Assembly: GCF_001194135.2 (NCBI RefSeq)
Contig: NC_069001.1
Coordinates: 39,086,730-39,147,880 of the forward strand
Direction of reading: 5' to 3'
DNA length: 61,151 nucleotides
Origin: Octopus bimaculoides
Taxonomy: Eukaryota
A program made the position numbers and the translations under genes. Shown piece after piece: positions 37,916-49,866 of the stretch. Positions within the stretch are counted from its first letter, which is position 1. Each line of letters opens with the position of its first letter. The notes beneath the pieces were generated by a model. The model was not told where the DNA came from. It made no database searches and saw only the letters and a program-made list of their open reading frames with translations.

Positions 37916-39180
37916 TACTAGCAGTATAACCCGACCTTGTCCGGGTGTGACTTATTACGCCATCTACGATAAGTCTTGCTAGGTGAAAATCAACTAAAAA
38001 AAAAAGAAAGCCTTACAACGAAAAAACCCTTATGATGTAAATATGTTCATAATTCAAAAGACGATGAAATTAATAGGGAAAGTCTGAAATTGGAGATTAC
38101 CCTGGATAATTATACCATTTACTCCTTCACTATGTATATATATACATATACACTTGATTATTAAATTTGCAAAAAACATCGCAAAAATGATTTNNNNNNN
38201 NNNNNNNNNNNNNNNNNNNNNNNNNNNNNNNNNNNNNNNNNNNNNNNNNNNNNNNNNNNNNNNNNNNNNNNNNNNNNNNNNNNNNNNNNNNNNNNNNNNN
38301 NNNNNNNNNNNNNNNNNNNNNNNNNNNNNNNNNNNNNNNNNNNNNNNNNNNNNNNNNNNNNNNNNNNNNNNNNNNNNNNNNNNNNNNNNNNNNNNNNNNN
38401 NNNNNNNNNNNNNNNNNNNNNNNNNNNNNNNNNNNNNNNNNNNNNNNNNNNNNNNNNNNNNNNNNNNNNNNNNNNNNNNNNNNNNNNNNNNNNNNNNNNN
38501 NNNNNNNNNNNNNNNNNNNNNNNNNNNNNNNNNNNNNNNNNNNNNNNNNNNNNNNNNNNNNNNNNNNNNNNNNNNNNNNNNNNNNNNNNNNNNNNNNNNN
38601 NNNNNNNNNNNNNNNNNNNNNNNNNNNNNNNNNNNNNNNNNNNNNNNNNNNNNNNNNNNNNNNNNNNNNNNNNNNNNNNNNNNNNNNNNNNNNNNNNNNN
38701 NNNNNNNNNNNNNNNNNNNNNNNNNNNNNNNNNNNNNNNNNNNNNNNNNNNNNNNNNNNNNNNNNNNNNNNNNNNNNNNNNNNNNNNNNNNNNNNNNNNN
38801 NNNNNNNNNNNNNNNNNNNNNNNNNNNNNNNNNNNNNNNNNNNNNNNNNNNNNNNNNNNNNNNNNNNNNNNNNNNNNNNNNNNNNNNNNNNNNNNNNNNN
38901 NNNNNNNNNNNNNNNNNNNNNNNNNNNNNNNNNNNNNNNNNNNNNNNNGGGGAAGGCATGGGTGGAGTGTGGGTTAGGCTGAGGGTGGGGTAGAGGTAGG
39001 GGTCTGTGGGTAGGGTGGGGTATGTGGGTAGGGGTGGGTGGTGGGTGTAAGGAATTGGATGGGGTGGAGTGGGAAGGTAGAGTAGGAGTGTGTTGGGGTG
39101 TGGTGGGATGAGCTTATGAGGGGGTGTTGACGAGGAGGGAGAAGGGGAAGGGGAAGGTGGATGTTAGAGAGGGCAACGAG
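37916..39180 (-). mobile_element. Helitron-like non-autonomous element (3' terminus seen; interior partly in a gap; far boundary uncertain)
   Basis: Minus strand ends acccggacaaggtcgggt (hairpin, 37929-37946), tatactg, CTAG|T, the classic Helitron 3' signature. Confidence 0.55.
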
Positions 39181-39313
39181 TTGTATTTATTTATCACCCG
39201 ACGAGATACATCTGCACCACCGGATGCTCCTAAACCAGTTGAGTGTTCCACTCAAGAGGAATCGATGCTAGATGTGTCGAAACAATTGTAGTGATTAATA
39301 ATAAATTCTCGTT

Positions 39314-39353
<40 letters not shown>

Positions 39354-39429
39354 GAGTGTGTATACACATACACATATATAGGTGTGTATATCCATTCATA
39401 CATACACATAAATGTATTCCCTCTCTCTG

Positions 39430-39544
<115 letters not shown>

Positions 39545-40190
39545 GAGAGAAAGAGAGGAATATATATATATATATATATATATACGCTCTCAAGCACGTC
39601 TGTACTCAGTGCTATCTTTCGACCATCAGCTGTATATTGTCATCGGCATTAATGTTCATTATTTTCATTTAAATCAGATAAGCCAGGTTCAATCCTGCCT
39701 GGCGGCATAATATAGTAGTTTTAATCGACGAGTGTATATTTGTCTGAACCTCGGTGACATGCCATACAACAAAAATCTTAAGTGACTTGAATATTTTTCT
39801 TCTAAACCAAAAGATATTTGGCCTGGAGCTAGCAGCGTTCTTCGCAACATTTCAATATTTTTCGCTCTAATGCTTTTTAAGATATCACCACCAGATAACA
39901 ACATTTCTTCAGAATATTCCCATCAAAACCAAATAGTCCTGCCATTTTCTTCTCCATTCCACACACATCAAATATGACATTCTTTCGTGGATGTGTTTTT
40001 TTTCCTTTATATTTTTGTCTCTAGTTTTGGAGAGTTTGGACTGATTTTTCTTTTTTTGGTTATTTCGTATTTCCTATTCATATTTAATTTGTTCTACCGT
40101 TTAAGATTATCTTCACACACGCACATGTGTATGTGTGTATATGTATGTGTATATATATATATATATATATATACGCACATAGTCACACAG

Positions 40191-40237
<47 letters not shown>

Positions 40238-40510
40238 TACGCACATATTCATAGTCATATATATATATATATATATATACACGTACATATTCAGTCATAT
40301 ATATATATACATACATACATACATACATAGAGGCATATAAGATAACTTACATATGAAAAGATCACATACACAATTTTATATATATATGTGTGTGTATGTA
40401 TATGTTTGTTTATATGCATGTAAATATATGCATGCATTAATAATTCGCAATAAATTTATATTTTTATACACATAAAAACATGTTTGTATGTGTTTTGTGT
40501 CTATGTATGC

Positions 40511-40548
<38 letters not shown>

Positions 40549-41544
40549 CACTCATATAAGCATACATAATTACATATATAAATACACACACACACACAGA
40601 AGCTCATGTCCATATATATGTGCGTGCATACATACATACATACCTATATGCATACGAACATAAATATGTGTGTATATAACTGTGTACGTGGTTTGTGTGT
40701 CTGTGTATGTGTACTTGTATGTGTGGGCGCAACCTCCAGACCAACACGCAATGTGGCCGCCATCTTTTCAGTTACATGTCAAAATAAACGTTGTTTTAAA
40801 GAGTTAACTGACAGATATTGAGAGATGAAATCGCCATGATAAAGTTTTATATTTTACCGTGCATAAATTACTGTTTGTCAAAATTAATATGTACCACAGT
40901 GGTCTGGTGCTTAGATTATTTTATCGATACGAAGGACGCATAAAATAAGAAGTATAATTATATATTACATAAAAAAGGACATTTACATCATAAATAAATA
41001 TTAAAAAAAAAAAACACGCCACAGCAACGAAATCCATTATAATTGCAGGTTTTATAATAAAATTTATAATGTAAGCAGTATAGAAGAAAGAATTAAAATG
41101 ATTTTAATAGCCGGCAGCGATAGAATTGATATTAATAAAGTTTTTTAATGAAGTTAGCGTTTCTGAGTACCATAATAGTAATAATAAGACGAAAAGGGGG
41201 AGAAGACGAAGAAGAAGAAATTGTTTTAAAGAAATTATTCTTTTGATAGAAAACTCGACTACACGACCAGTATCGAAGAACAAAATGTGTGGAACTGCCT
41301 CAAAGATGACGTATCTTCGTTATCATTTTAGATCTTGGAATACCAATAAACGAAAAAGATTAAATTACGTCCGTATTGTCGAGTTTTCAGTGAAAATTTA
41401 ACGATTATCTTTGGATATATTTTTATATGTAAAGTTAACACAATGACGGGAACGTAAGCGAGATGTTCGTTCATGTTAGATATAGATCATGTGACTATGA
41501 CGCTGTTGTTTTTGTTGTTACTTTGGCATTTACACATTGTTGAG

Positions 41545-41975
41545 GAGGCAGGCCACCTTGCACGAATGCCTGACACGCGACTCCTTAAGAAACTGTCTTA
41601 CAGTAAACTGGCAGAAGGCAAGTGCACACAAGGTGGTCAGAAAATGCGCTTCAAGGATACACTCAAAGCCTCGCTGAAGAGCTTTGAGATCTACTCCGTC
41701 CCCCCGTCATCTGGGAAACATAAGCATAAGACTGCCCTGCCTGGCGAAGCTGCACCAACAGAGGTGCCACTTCCTGCGAACAAGATTGCAGGGGCACAAA
41801 AGAAAATGCAAACTACACAAGTCCAGAACCAATTCCTTGCTTTCAGTCCCAACAGACCACCAATGCCCAAGCTGTAGCAGAACCCTCTGAGCATGCATCG
41901 GACTGCTCTGCCTTCTTCTATCCTGTCATGTCCTTGGCCCCTGTCCACAACGACGATCTAATTAATTAATTAATT
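41545..41975 (+). mobile_element. RTE/BovB-like LINE 3' end
   Basis: AGHLARMPDTRLLKKLSYSKLAEGKCTQGGQKMRFKDTLKASLKSFEI followed by HQCPSCSRTL*ACIGLL match the BovB-type AGHV.RMPD.RLPK..G.R..GGQK.R.KD.LK and CP.C.R.F.A.IGL motifs. It ends in (TAAT)n. Confidence 0.88.
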
Positions 41976-42379
41976 ACCTGAGTGACTAACGTTGGCTTTA
42001 CTGTGGCCTTCTTGGAATACGCCAATTGTTTACAGGTGATTCAGGCGGAACTAAAACTTACCTCCGTACCCTCGACCCTTCTATAATAAAATATTTTACA
42101 GATGGAGAGAAATCAAAATACTCTCGAACCACACCATACAAAAAAACATATCTTTCAAGCAAGATTACATTGACTCTACTTTTTCTTTCACTTTTCATAG
42201 AAATCATGAAAATATCTTGTAATTCTCCTCCACTTCATACCTGTTCCTCCTTCTGCCTCCTCCTTCTGCCTCCTCCTTCCTCTAGCTCTCTCCTTCCCAT
42301 CATACCAATCTACTTTCTGTCAATATCTGTGAAGTGTTTGATGTGCAGATAATTTTAATGCTCAAAATAAAAAAAAAAG

Positions 42380-42460
42380 GTCATACATCTCTCTCTCAGT
42401 CTCTTCCTCTCCTTATCTCTCTCTCTCAGTCTCTTCCTCTCCTTATCTCTCTCTCTCTCA
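42380..42460. repeat. 30-bp pyrimidine-rich tandem duplication within a long CT-rich tract
   Basis: ctctctcagtctcttcctctccttatctct x2. Confidence 0.85.
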
Positions 42461-42711
42461 CACATTCTTTCCTTATTATCTCTGCATCTCTCTCCCCTCT
42501 CTTTCTCGGGATCTCTCTCTCATCTTCGCTTGCTCCCTTTCCATCCTCCCCAAATTTCCCGGGGCAATTTCACTTTTATTCACTGAAATATGAAGAGCAA
42601 CATGGTTTAAGTTCTTTCAGTTACGGCGCTCACCTCTTTATTACCCTCTCCGCCACTCCACTCGATCTCTCCTTTACTCCCTTTCACTCACTTCCTCTCA
42701 CTCACCCTCTA

Positions 42712-42758
<47 letters not shown>

Positions 42759-43369
42759 ACACCTCTATTTTCTCTCATTAAACCAACCTCTCTAGATTCT
42801 TTGAATTATTTTCTGACAAGTGTATCGACACCACACTCCCACCTCGCTCTTTCACTCACCCACTTTCTCCCAATCTCTTACCTCATCTCTCTCTCTCTCT
42901 CTCTCTTTCTATCTTTATGCAGTATGAAAGCTATCATAGTCCAGAACTTCTATCGTAGCGTCATTATCTTACATGTAGTCACGTGGTATTAATATGACGT
43001 AATATTTATGAGGTAACGGATTTAAAGTAGGATGCGCTGTTATTTCATATATATACGTACATACATCCATACACACAAACACACACAAACACATATATAA
43101 AAACATCAAGCATACGCACATTTAGATATATATACCTACATATATACGTGTTTGAAAAGGTTTAACGAAAGCGCTCACACATTAGGAAGACCTTCTTCCC
43201 AAAACGGATTAGTAACGTCCTCATAAAAAAATTTCATGACATTCTTTTGCAAAATAATTTTTTAAAAACTTCCCCTTTATACTTCGAAAACTATAATCAG
43301 TAATCCTCATAGATTTTCAAATACACATGTATATATGTATGTGTGTATTTATATATATATACAGACAGA

Positions 43370-43460
43370 CACAGGGGATGTGGATTGAAATGGAATTCAA
43401 TCAATCGTTACTGTTGGGACTGAACAGGGGACCATGTGGTTGGGAAAGCAAACTTCTTGC
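43370..43460 (-). mobile_element. Degenerate family B SINE head
   Basis: ttgggactgaacaggggaccatgtggttgggaaagcaaacttctt matches gggaatgaacccggaaccatgtggttggtaagcaagctactt at 49715-49757. Confidence 0.6.
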
Positions 43461-44018
43461 TATTCATGTACTTATGTAATCTATATGTATAACTGCATCT
43501 TTTTTTGCAGACGTTGTTTTCTAACGAAAAAGTAAGATCACCACTCATGAAATGGTGCATTATGGGAGGGAAACGGCAAAAAAGTTAGTGAAATAAGTCT
43601 AAAATTTCTTTAGGAAATATAAATATTGCGATGTCATTTGAAAGATTTCAAAATAAAAACCGTGAAGTTAATAAACGGTGAAATGTGTGGAAGTGTTTTG
43701 TTTGTCAAACACCTGAATAATAATAATAATAGTAATAATAATAATAATAATAATAATGATGAGAGATGACAACGACGATGTTCATGACGATGGTGACGAC
43801 TACGATGATGATGATAATAATAACAATAATGATATTTTAAGGCTTTATTTAGGATAGTAATTGATGGAATAGTGTTGTCATGACAACGAAAATCTCTGAC
43901 ATTGATTGGCGGGCGAACGGAAGTGAGAAAGAAGTGAATGTAAGTTTAAAGAAAGAGACAGGAAGTCGCGAAGGAGCTGGTCATATTGAAGAAGAGAAAG
44001 AGTTATATGGAAAGCGAG

Positions 44019-44055
<37 letters not shown>

Positions 44056-44919
44056 AAGAGTGACATAGGTTTCGATTAAATATGATGTTCGAAATAGACA
44101 ATAAATATGATTTTTATTAAAATGTATTGAAATTGGATTTTTAAAAGGATTTACCATATTAAATCGATCCAAAATGTTGGCTAGATATCTCGCCACATAT
44201 TTTGTCACAATTTAGACAAACATTTATATCAGTTCAAATATGTTTGGGAAATGTTTGTCCCATACAATAACTGCATTCACTGTTATTTGCCGTGGAGATC
44301 GTTTCTCGCTTTCGGCATTCAACGTTGTAAAACACCAACAGTCATTTCCAATTCATTCCAGGGTTGTCTCCTTTGCAGTACACGGTACTGGTGCTATGCA
44401 AGAAGCTATAAATGCATCCGTCATTAGGCCACAGCGGACACCTCGATATGGCTGTTGCTGTTCTTCAACACCTATTACCAAAAGTGAACATCAGTGAATA
44501 TTGTCTTTCTACAGATCAAATATGGCCCAAAATTATTTGAAATAATCTGAATCTTTCCTTACTTGACGCACTTACAACAGTATATCATATTTAAGATAAC
44601 CACAAATGCATACTAAGATAAAAGGAAGGGCAAGCGACAGACCCTGAAGCCCTAATTTAGCGTTTGATGGATCAGCTTGATTGTACCAAGTGGACTCTGT
44701 ATGAATTCGATTATTCAGATTAACCAGTATAAGTGACATTTTACCGGATGCAACTGTTAGTAGTCTCCTAACTGATGCTTAATTAAATAGCCTTAATAAG
44801 CAAGCTTTGTTTGTGAAATTTAACCATATTACTTTGCCTATTCTAGGTTGTGTTCGAGTGTCTGTCTGTGTGTTTGTGAGCGTGTATATATCTATATATA
44901 TCTATATTTATGTATATGT

Positions 44920-45065
44920 ATATACGACAAGCTTCTTTCAGCTTTTGTCTGAAATTCACTCGTAAAGCTTTCATCGACCCGGACCTATCGTAGAAGACAC
45001 TTGTTCAAGGTAACACACAGTGGAACCTAAGCCCGTAACCTTGTAGTTAGGAAACTACACCCGTG

Positions 45066-45068
<3 letters not shown>
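44920..45068 (-). mobile_element. Degenerate family B SINE, 5' half
   Basis: acgacaagcttctttcag..aaattcactcgtaaagcttt..cctatcgtagaagacacttgttcaaggtaacacacagtgg parallels 49618-49715. Confidence 0.75.

Positions 45069-45136
<68 letters not shown>
45068..45136. repeat. (AT)n microsatellite
   Basis: Directly visible pure array. Confidence 0.97.
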
Positions 45137-45139
<3 letters not shown>

Positions 45140-45244
45140 GATGAAAGGATACAGATATTTACATGTGTGTGCACATCTTTCCTCGTATGTATAGTGAAAT
45201 CTCAGTGTTATCGTGAATGGCGTAATGAACTAAGAGATTTTAAT

Positions 45245-45422
45245 TAATGCTTAGTGTTATTTCGTCTGTCTTCACGTTCTGATTTCAAATTCCGCCGAGG
45301 TCGACTTTGCTTTTCATTCTTTCAGGCTTGATAAATTAAGCACCAGTTGCGTACTGGGGTCGAGCTAATCGACTAGCTCCCTCCCCCCAAATTTCGGGCC
45401 TTGTGCCTAGAGTAGAAAAGAG
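45245..45422 (+). mobile_element. SINE family A (5'-truncated)
   Basis: aatgcttagtgttatttcgtctgtcttcacgttctgatttcaaattccgccgaggtcgactttgcttttcattctttcagg..ggggtcgagctaatcgact..ggccttgtgcctagagtagaaaag. Confidence 0.92.
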
Positions 45423-46199
45423 TATTAATTGTTATACATTTAAGTCTTCGTATGTTTTGTTTCCTCGTATATTTCTTGATAATTTATATTTTTTAGTGAA
45501 ATTTTTCTGAGATATGTTTTTAGAACTGGATATGATTATTTTAATGAAATACAGAAAGAATATCAGCCTCATACATTTCGTTTTTTTTTGTCCATTTCAA
45601 TAAGCTATTCATGGTACAACATACATAAAATCCATGACAGTATTCTGATTGATAATATTCATTATTAATATGAAAGTCAATGAAACCATAAATATNNNNN
45701 NNNNNNNNNNNNNNNNNNNNNNNNNNNNNNNNNNNNNNNNNNNNNNNNNNNNNNNNNNNNNNNNNNNNNNNNNNNNNNNNNNNNNNNNNNNNNNNNNNNN
45801 NNNNNNNNNNNNNNNNNNNNNNNGTTCAAGCTTACTCTTCTACAATGCAAATCAAAATTTATTACTGAATATGAAATTCTTCTGAGAAAAATATTCCAAC
45901 TTTTCATTCAATGATGTCAACTCCAGCCAGAAAAACATTCTATCTGTACAAAACGTCATTGCAGAGAAACTTTGGTAGGAAAAGAGTCTGTGGAGCAACA
46001 AGCCGTAATTATTGCGCGCTCACACACGCACTCACGCACGCACGTATGCGCGCGAACGCACCCGCACATAAACAATCCTTCCCGTTTATGAATATGAAGT
46101 GTAGAAAGCCAAAAACTATACTCTGTCTGCAGGCATCGTATCCTGGGGACAAGCATTCGGTGAGTAAAGTTAGGGTCGCATGTTCGATTCTGTGATTCG

Positions 46200-46920
46200 T
46201 CATAACTGCTGAGGTATACAATGACAATCCTGGGTGGTTTTTGTAGTCCTGCAGTTTTTTTCCCCCAGGTAATCTCTGAGCGAATGGGCCTATAATCAGT
46301 CATTCCGATCATGGCCATCCAGTTTATTTCCTTTGTTCAGTGCGTCAAGGAATACATTGTCCAGCGTGAGCTTTCTTAAGACTGTTGTAGGATGTGGTTT
46401 AAAGCACTGGCTGTTATTTCTAGCAGGTAGTACAACAACGTAAAAACTGAGAGGGTTTTTTTTCTCTTCCAGTGATTCCATCCAAATAAAGATACAGGAT
46501 GCCATGCAGGGGGACAGGACACATCTAAGTGGATGGGAGATGTGCCTCTATGTGATAGATTGATTTACAAGAAATAACAACCAAATCCACCATATGCATG
46601 CCGATTAAATGAAGAACATTGGATATTCGCTGCTTGGATAAAATACAAGATGATCACGGCTGGATTCTCGTATCTCTGTTATAAACACGATTAATGCAGC
46701 ATTTAACGGCAATAAAATCAGTGGGAGCATTGTGAAACTGATGAATGTTTCACCATCATGCAGTGTTCGAATTTCAGCGAACCCTTATATATGTAATGGG
46801 ATATTCAGGCTCTTTTATGATTCCAATTAGACCCTGCTATACAACAGCCATGTAAATATGGTCGGTAGCCTCAAAGTGGTTGATTGAATTGCTAGAAAAA
46901 ACAGCTAACTCTGATTCAAA
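46200..46920 (+). mobile_element. Decayed RTE-like LINE RT remnant
   Basis: IQDAMQGDRTHL..LYVID (QGD at 46507-46515) resembles I..GVLQGDTLAP..IVLD. It continues LMQHLTAIKSVGAL*N (cf. Q.LL..V..SVGL..N) and TLLYNS. Confidence 0.45.
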
Positions 46921-47569
46921 TCTCAGCAGAACATTTTATAAATTATAAGACACAATGAGCAATATGTCTTATATTGCAGACAACAAAGAGGGGATGGTCA
47001 TGTGTGGAATTTCTTTGAACAGACGACAACTGAATCACAGCTCTCCTGTTTGGTGGTGACAGGGACTAAACAGTAACAAGAACAGTAAAAACCAGTTGCA
47101 TTCGTCGTTCGACGATGGATGGAAACAAGAAGTAAATAAGAAGAATAAAAGTTGTAAGAATTTTTTTATGTTTGAAACTCTTCCATCATTTTCAAATGAA
47201 GATTTATTCTGGATCTTCAATAGAATTAAGATTTGAAATATTCCAGAAAAGTTTTTACCAAAATAGCTGTAAATAAAACATTGTTATCTTATGTGTCGTC
47301 GTGAAAGTGTTATTAACGATACAACTCTGTCTTTAATTCTGCAAAGGGACGCCAGTGCCACAGTTATTCATCATTTTCTGTTGAAATTCGAAAAAAGTTT
47401 TTGTCAAATGAAAATGGCCAAGTTTTACATTGGGAAATCGAATTGATTAAAGAGCAAGGTTTATCATTTCATACAACACACCTATATGCACACAGACAAA
47501 CACGCTAGAGCTTATATATGTAAACAGTTATGAAATGACAGACGCACCACATACATGTGTGTGTCGGTA

Positions 47570-47602
<33 letters not shown>

Positions 47603-47914
47603 GTACATAAATACATACACACACACAAACATATATGATTTACATCTATATATATTGAACAAAACAATTTCCGGCTTGTCTAATTCAGGGCATTCTACTA
47701 CACACTTGTAACAACAACAACAATAATAATAATAACATATACAATATTTTGAGCTGCGACAAAAGTTTAAAAGACCAACACGGAATAAAGTTAAAGAACT
47801 CGGAATGTTCTCCACAAACACACATGCAATCACACGCACACACACACACAGAGGAGAAAATCTGTTTAAAGCAATGACAAGTCCTGATTTTGCAAATCGA
47901 ACTTGCGATTTGTT

Positions 47915-48363
47915 TCCTGATCCGCAAGCAGGCGGCGGTATACTGTCATGAGAGGAGGAGCAGTAAGATCACGGAAATCCCTTCATGAGAAGACATAGAT
48001 TCCTTCTGGAGAGAAGAGAAGGGATCTAACCAAGATGCTCAGTGGATGGAAGAAATCCGAAAAAGTTGTTGCTCCTGCGTTACATCCCACACATACAACA
48101 TTGATGGTGAAACTCTTGCAAATGTGATTCAGAAACTCCAGGATGGAAAAGCAGCTGGAAGAGAGACTTGATTGTTAGATATTGGTGGAAGAAGCTAACA
48201 TTCTACCGACCATAGCTTATCAATCTGTACCAGCAAGCTTTTATTGAGAACAATAGAATACCACACTGGTTAGCTCTGGCAGAGACAAAATTGATCCCCA
48301 AATGCAGAACCACCCACATGCCAAAATACCACCGGCCAATTGCATGCCAGAACTTAATGTATA

Positions 48364-48412
<49 letters not shown>

Positions 48413-48960
48413 GCATGTTTAAACCTCTTCCTCCAGGACCATTGTGAAATCAATAACATTATCACAGCAGAACAAGCAGCTGGGAAGAAGGGAGTCCAAG
48501 CAATTGTTAATCAGCAAAACTGGTGCGAAATCATAGGAGGAGGAACCAAATTTTAGTGTGGCTAAACTACAAGAAAGTCTGTGATTCTGTTCCCCACTCA
48601 TGGACGCTAGAAACCTTTCAACTTGCTAAAATTCCAGTGAAAATAGTCAAAACCTAACTTGACTTCATCTTGGGGCATCATTTTGAAATTAAACATAAAG
48701 AGCGACTGTATTATCGATAGAATACAGTATCACAAAGGCATATTCCAAGGGGACAGCCTCTCTCTGATGTTGCTTATACTTTCTGTAAACCCCTTGTCAA
48801 TCATGTTAAGGAAGTCTGAAGAATATCTCACTGGTTTACAAGGTAACAGGAATACCAAAATTACACACTGTTTCTTTGTGGATGACTTAAAACTTTATGT
48901 AAAGAATATGCATGAGATTAAAAAGAGCCTTGATCTATTCACAACGTTTTCAAAGGATGT
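47915..48960 (+). mobile_element. R4/Dong-like (restriction-like endonuclease class) non-LTR retrotransposon RT remnant
   Basis: IPS*EDIDSFW..DAQWMEEI, IQKLQDGKAAGRD..YWWKKL, IPHWLALAETKLIPKC, RPIACQNLMYK, KQLLISK, DSVPHSWMLETF and IQYHKGIFQGDSLSLMLLILSVNPLS..ITHCFFVDDLKLY occur in order across frameshifts. Confidence 0.9.
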
Positions 48961-49039
48961 ACGCGCGCGTGTGTATGTAAATGTATATATCTACATGAAT
49001 ACGTGTTGATGAATTTGCGCATATGTATGTATGTGTATA

Positions 49040-49258
49040 AGTGTGCATATAGCTGATCATGTATGGAAAAATGGAGACCACCTCCCCCTGTGGGATGAAG
49101 TTAAAATAATAGAGATAGAACACCACTGGAAAATACGAAAATTAAAAGAAGCAGCACATAAGCTAGGACACAACCTCCTTAGCAGACCGAGTGCAGATAT
49201 GAACAGCATATGGGAACCGGTATTAAGGAAGGATAGGAGAATATTAAATTTATAAGCC
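49040..49258 (+). mobile_element. Penelope-like GIY-YIG endonuclease C-terminus
   Basis: IADHVWKNGDHLPLWDEVKIIEIEHHWKIRKLKEAAHK..SIWEPVL matches S.IA.H....GH...WD.V.I...E..W..RK.KEA.HI. Confidence 0.85.
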
Positions 49259-49284
49259 CTAAAATTCACTCCATAATTGCCCAT

Positions 49285-49360
49285 GGGCGTATGACGTAGT
49301 TGTTAAGAGCGCGGGCTACTAACCTCAAGATTCCGAGTTCAATTCCAGGCAGTGACCTGA
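49285..49360 (+). other. tRNA-derived Pol III-like head (A box and B box); not a functional tRNA
   Basis: A-box-like TGACGTAGTTG (49292-302) and B-box-like GAGTTCAATTCC (49335-46). No acceptor stem forms. It is followed by (AAT)n. Confidence 0.7.
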
Positions 49361-49372
49361 GTAATAATAATA

Positions 49373-49773
49373 CTCTTTTAGTTCTTTCAGTCATTTGATT
49401 GCGGCCATGCTGGAGCACCGCCTTTAGTCGAGCAAATCGACCCCGGAACTTATTCTTTGGATGCCTAGTACTTATTCTATCGGTCTCTTTTGCCGAATCG
49501 CTAAGTTACGGGGACGTAAACACACCACCATCGATTGTCAAGTGATGTTGAGGGGACACAGCCACACAAACATATACACACACATACATACATATATATA
49601 TATATATACACATATATGCGACGGGCTTCTTTCAGTTTCCGTCTACCAAATCCACTCACAAGGCTTTGGTCGGCCCGAAGCTATAGAAGACACTTGCCCA
49701 AGGTGCCACGCAGTGGGAATGAACCCGGAACCATGTGGTTGGTAAGCAAGCTACTTACCACACAGCCACTCCT
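49373..49773 (-). mobile_element. Near full-length tRNA-derived CORE-like SINE (family B)
   Basis: Reverse complement starts aggagtggctgtgtggtaagtagcttgcttaccaaccacatggttccgggttc..ggcaccttgggcaagtgtcttct and has an internal (AT/AC)n. The tail is ..ctccagcatggccgcaatcaaatgactgaaag. Confidence 0.95.
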
Positions 49774-49820
49774 ATCGAAAAATACCTTAGGAATGAGAAC
49801 CCAGGTTCGAAATTTCTCCA

Positions 49821-49866
49821 AGCCACTTGATGAAGAATGGAGGGTATATCAGCCGAAGCGTTGTTT
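49821..49866 (+). ncRNA. Decayed minimal type-I hammerhead-like motif
   Basis: gccac-tTGATGA-a-gaatg-gagggtatat-cagcc-GAAg-cgt-t-gtttt. Core spacing, a stem II position and an ACGT-like palindromic stem III are recognisable, but several core and stem bases are mutated. Confidence 0.5.

Noticed and set aside
32130-39180. Helicase relic and Helitron 3' end as one element
   Set aside because: On the minus strand the terminus (37916) lies upstream of the helicase (32.2 kb), which is the wrong order.
39690-39965. Weak resemblance to a Tc1/mariner catalytic region
   Set aside because: No DDE/D residues or terminal repeats could be identified.
44240-44497. 85-aa ORF after an acceptor-like ttgtctcctttgcag
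   Set aside because: No known motif and no matching donor; not enough to call an exon.
49285-49360. Possible tRNA gene
   Set aside because: The acceptor stem cannot form and the T-arm is mismatched; it is only a tRNA-derived head.
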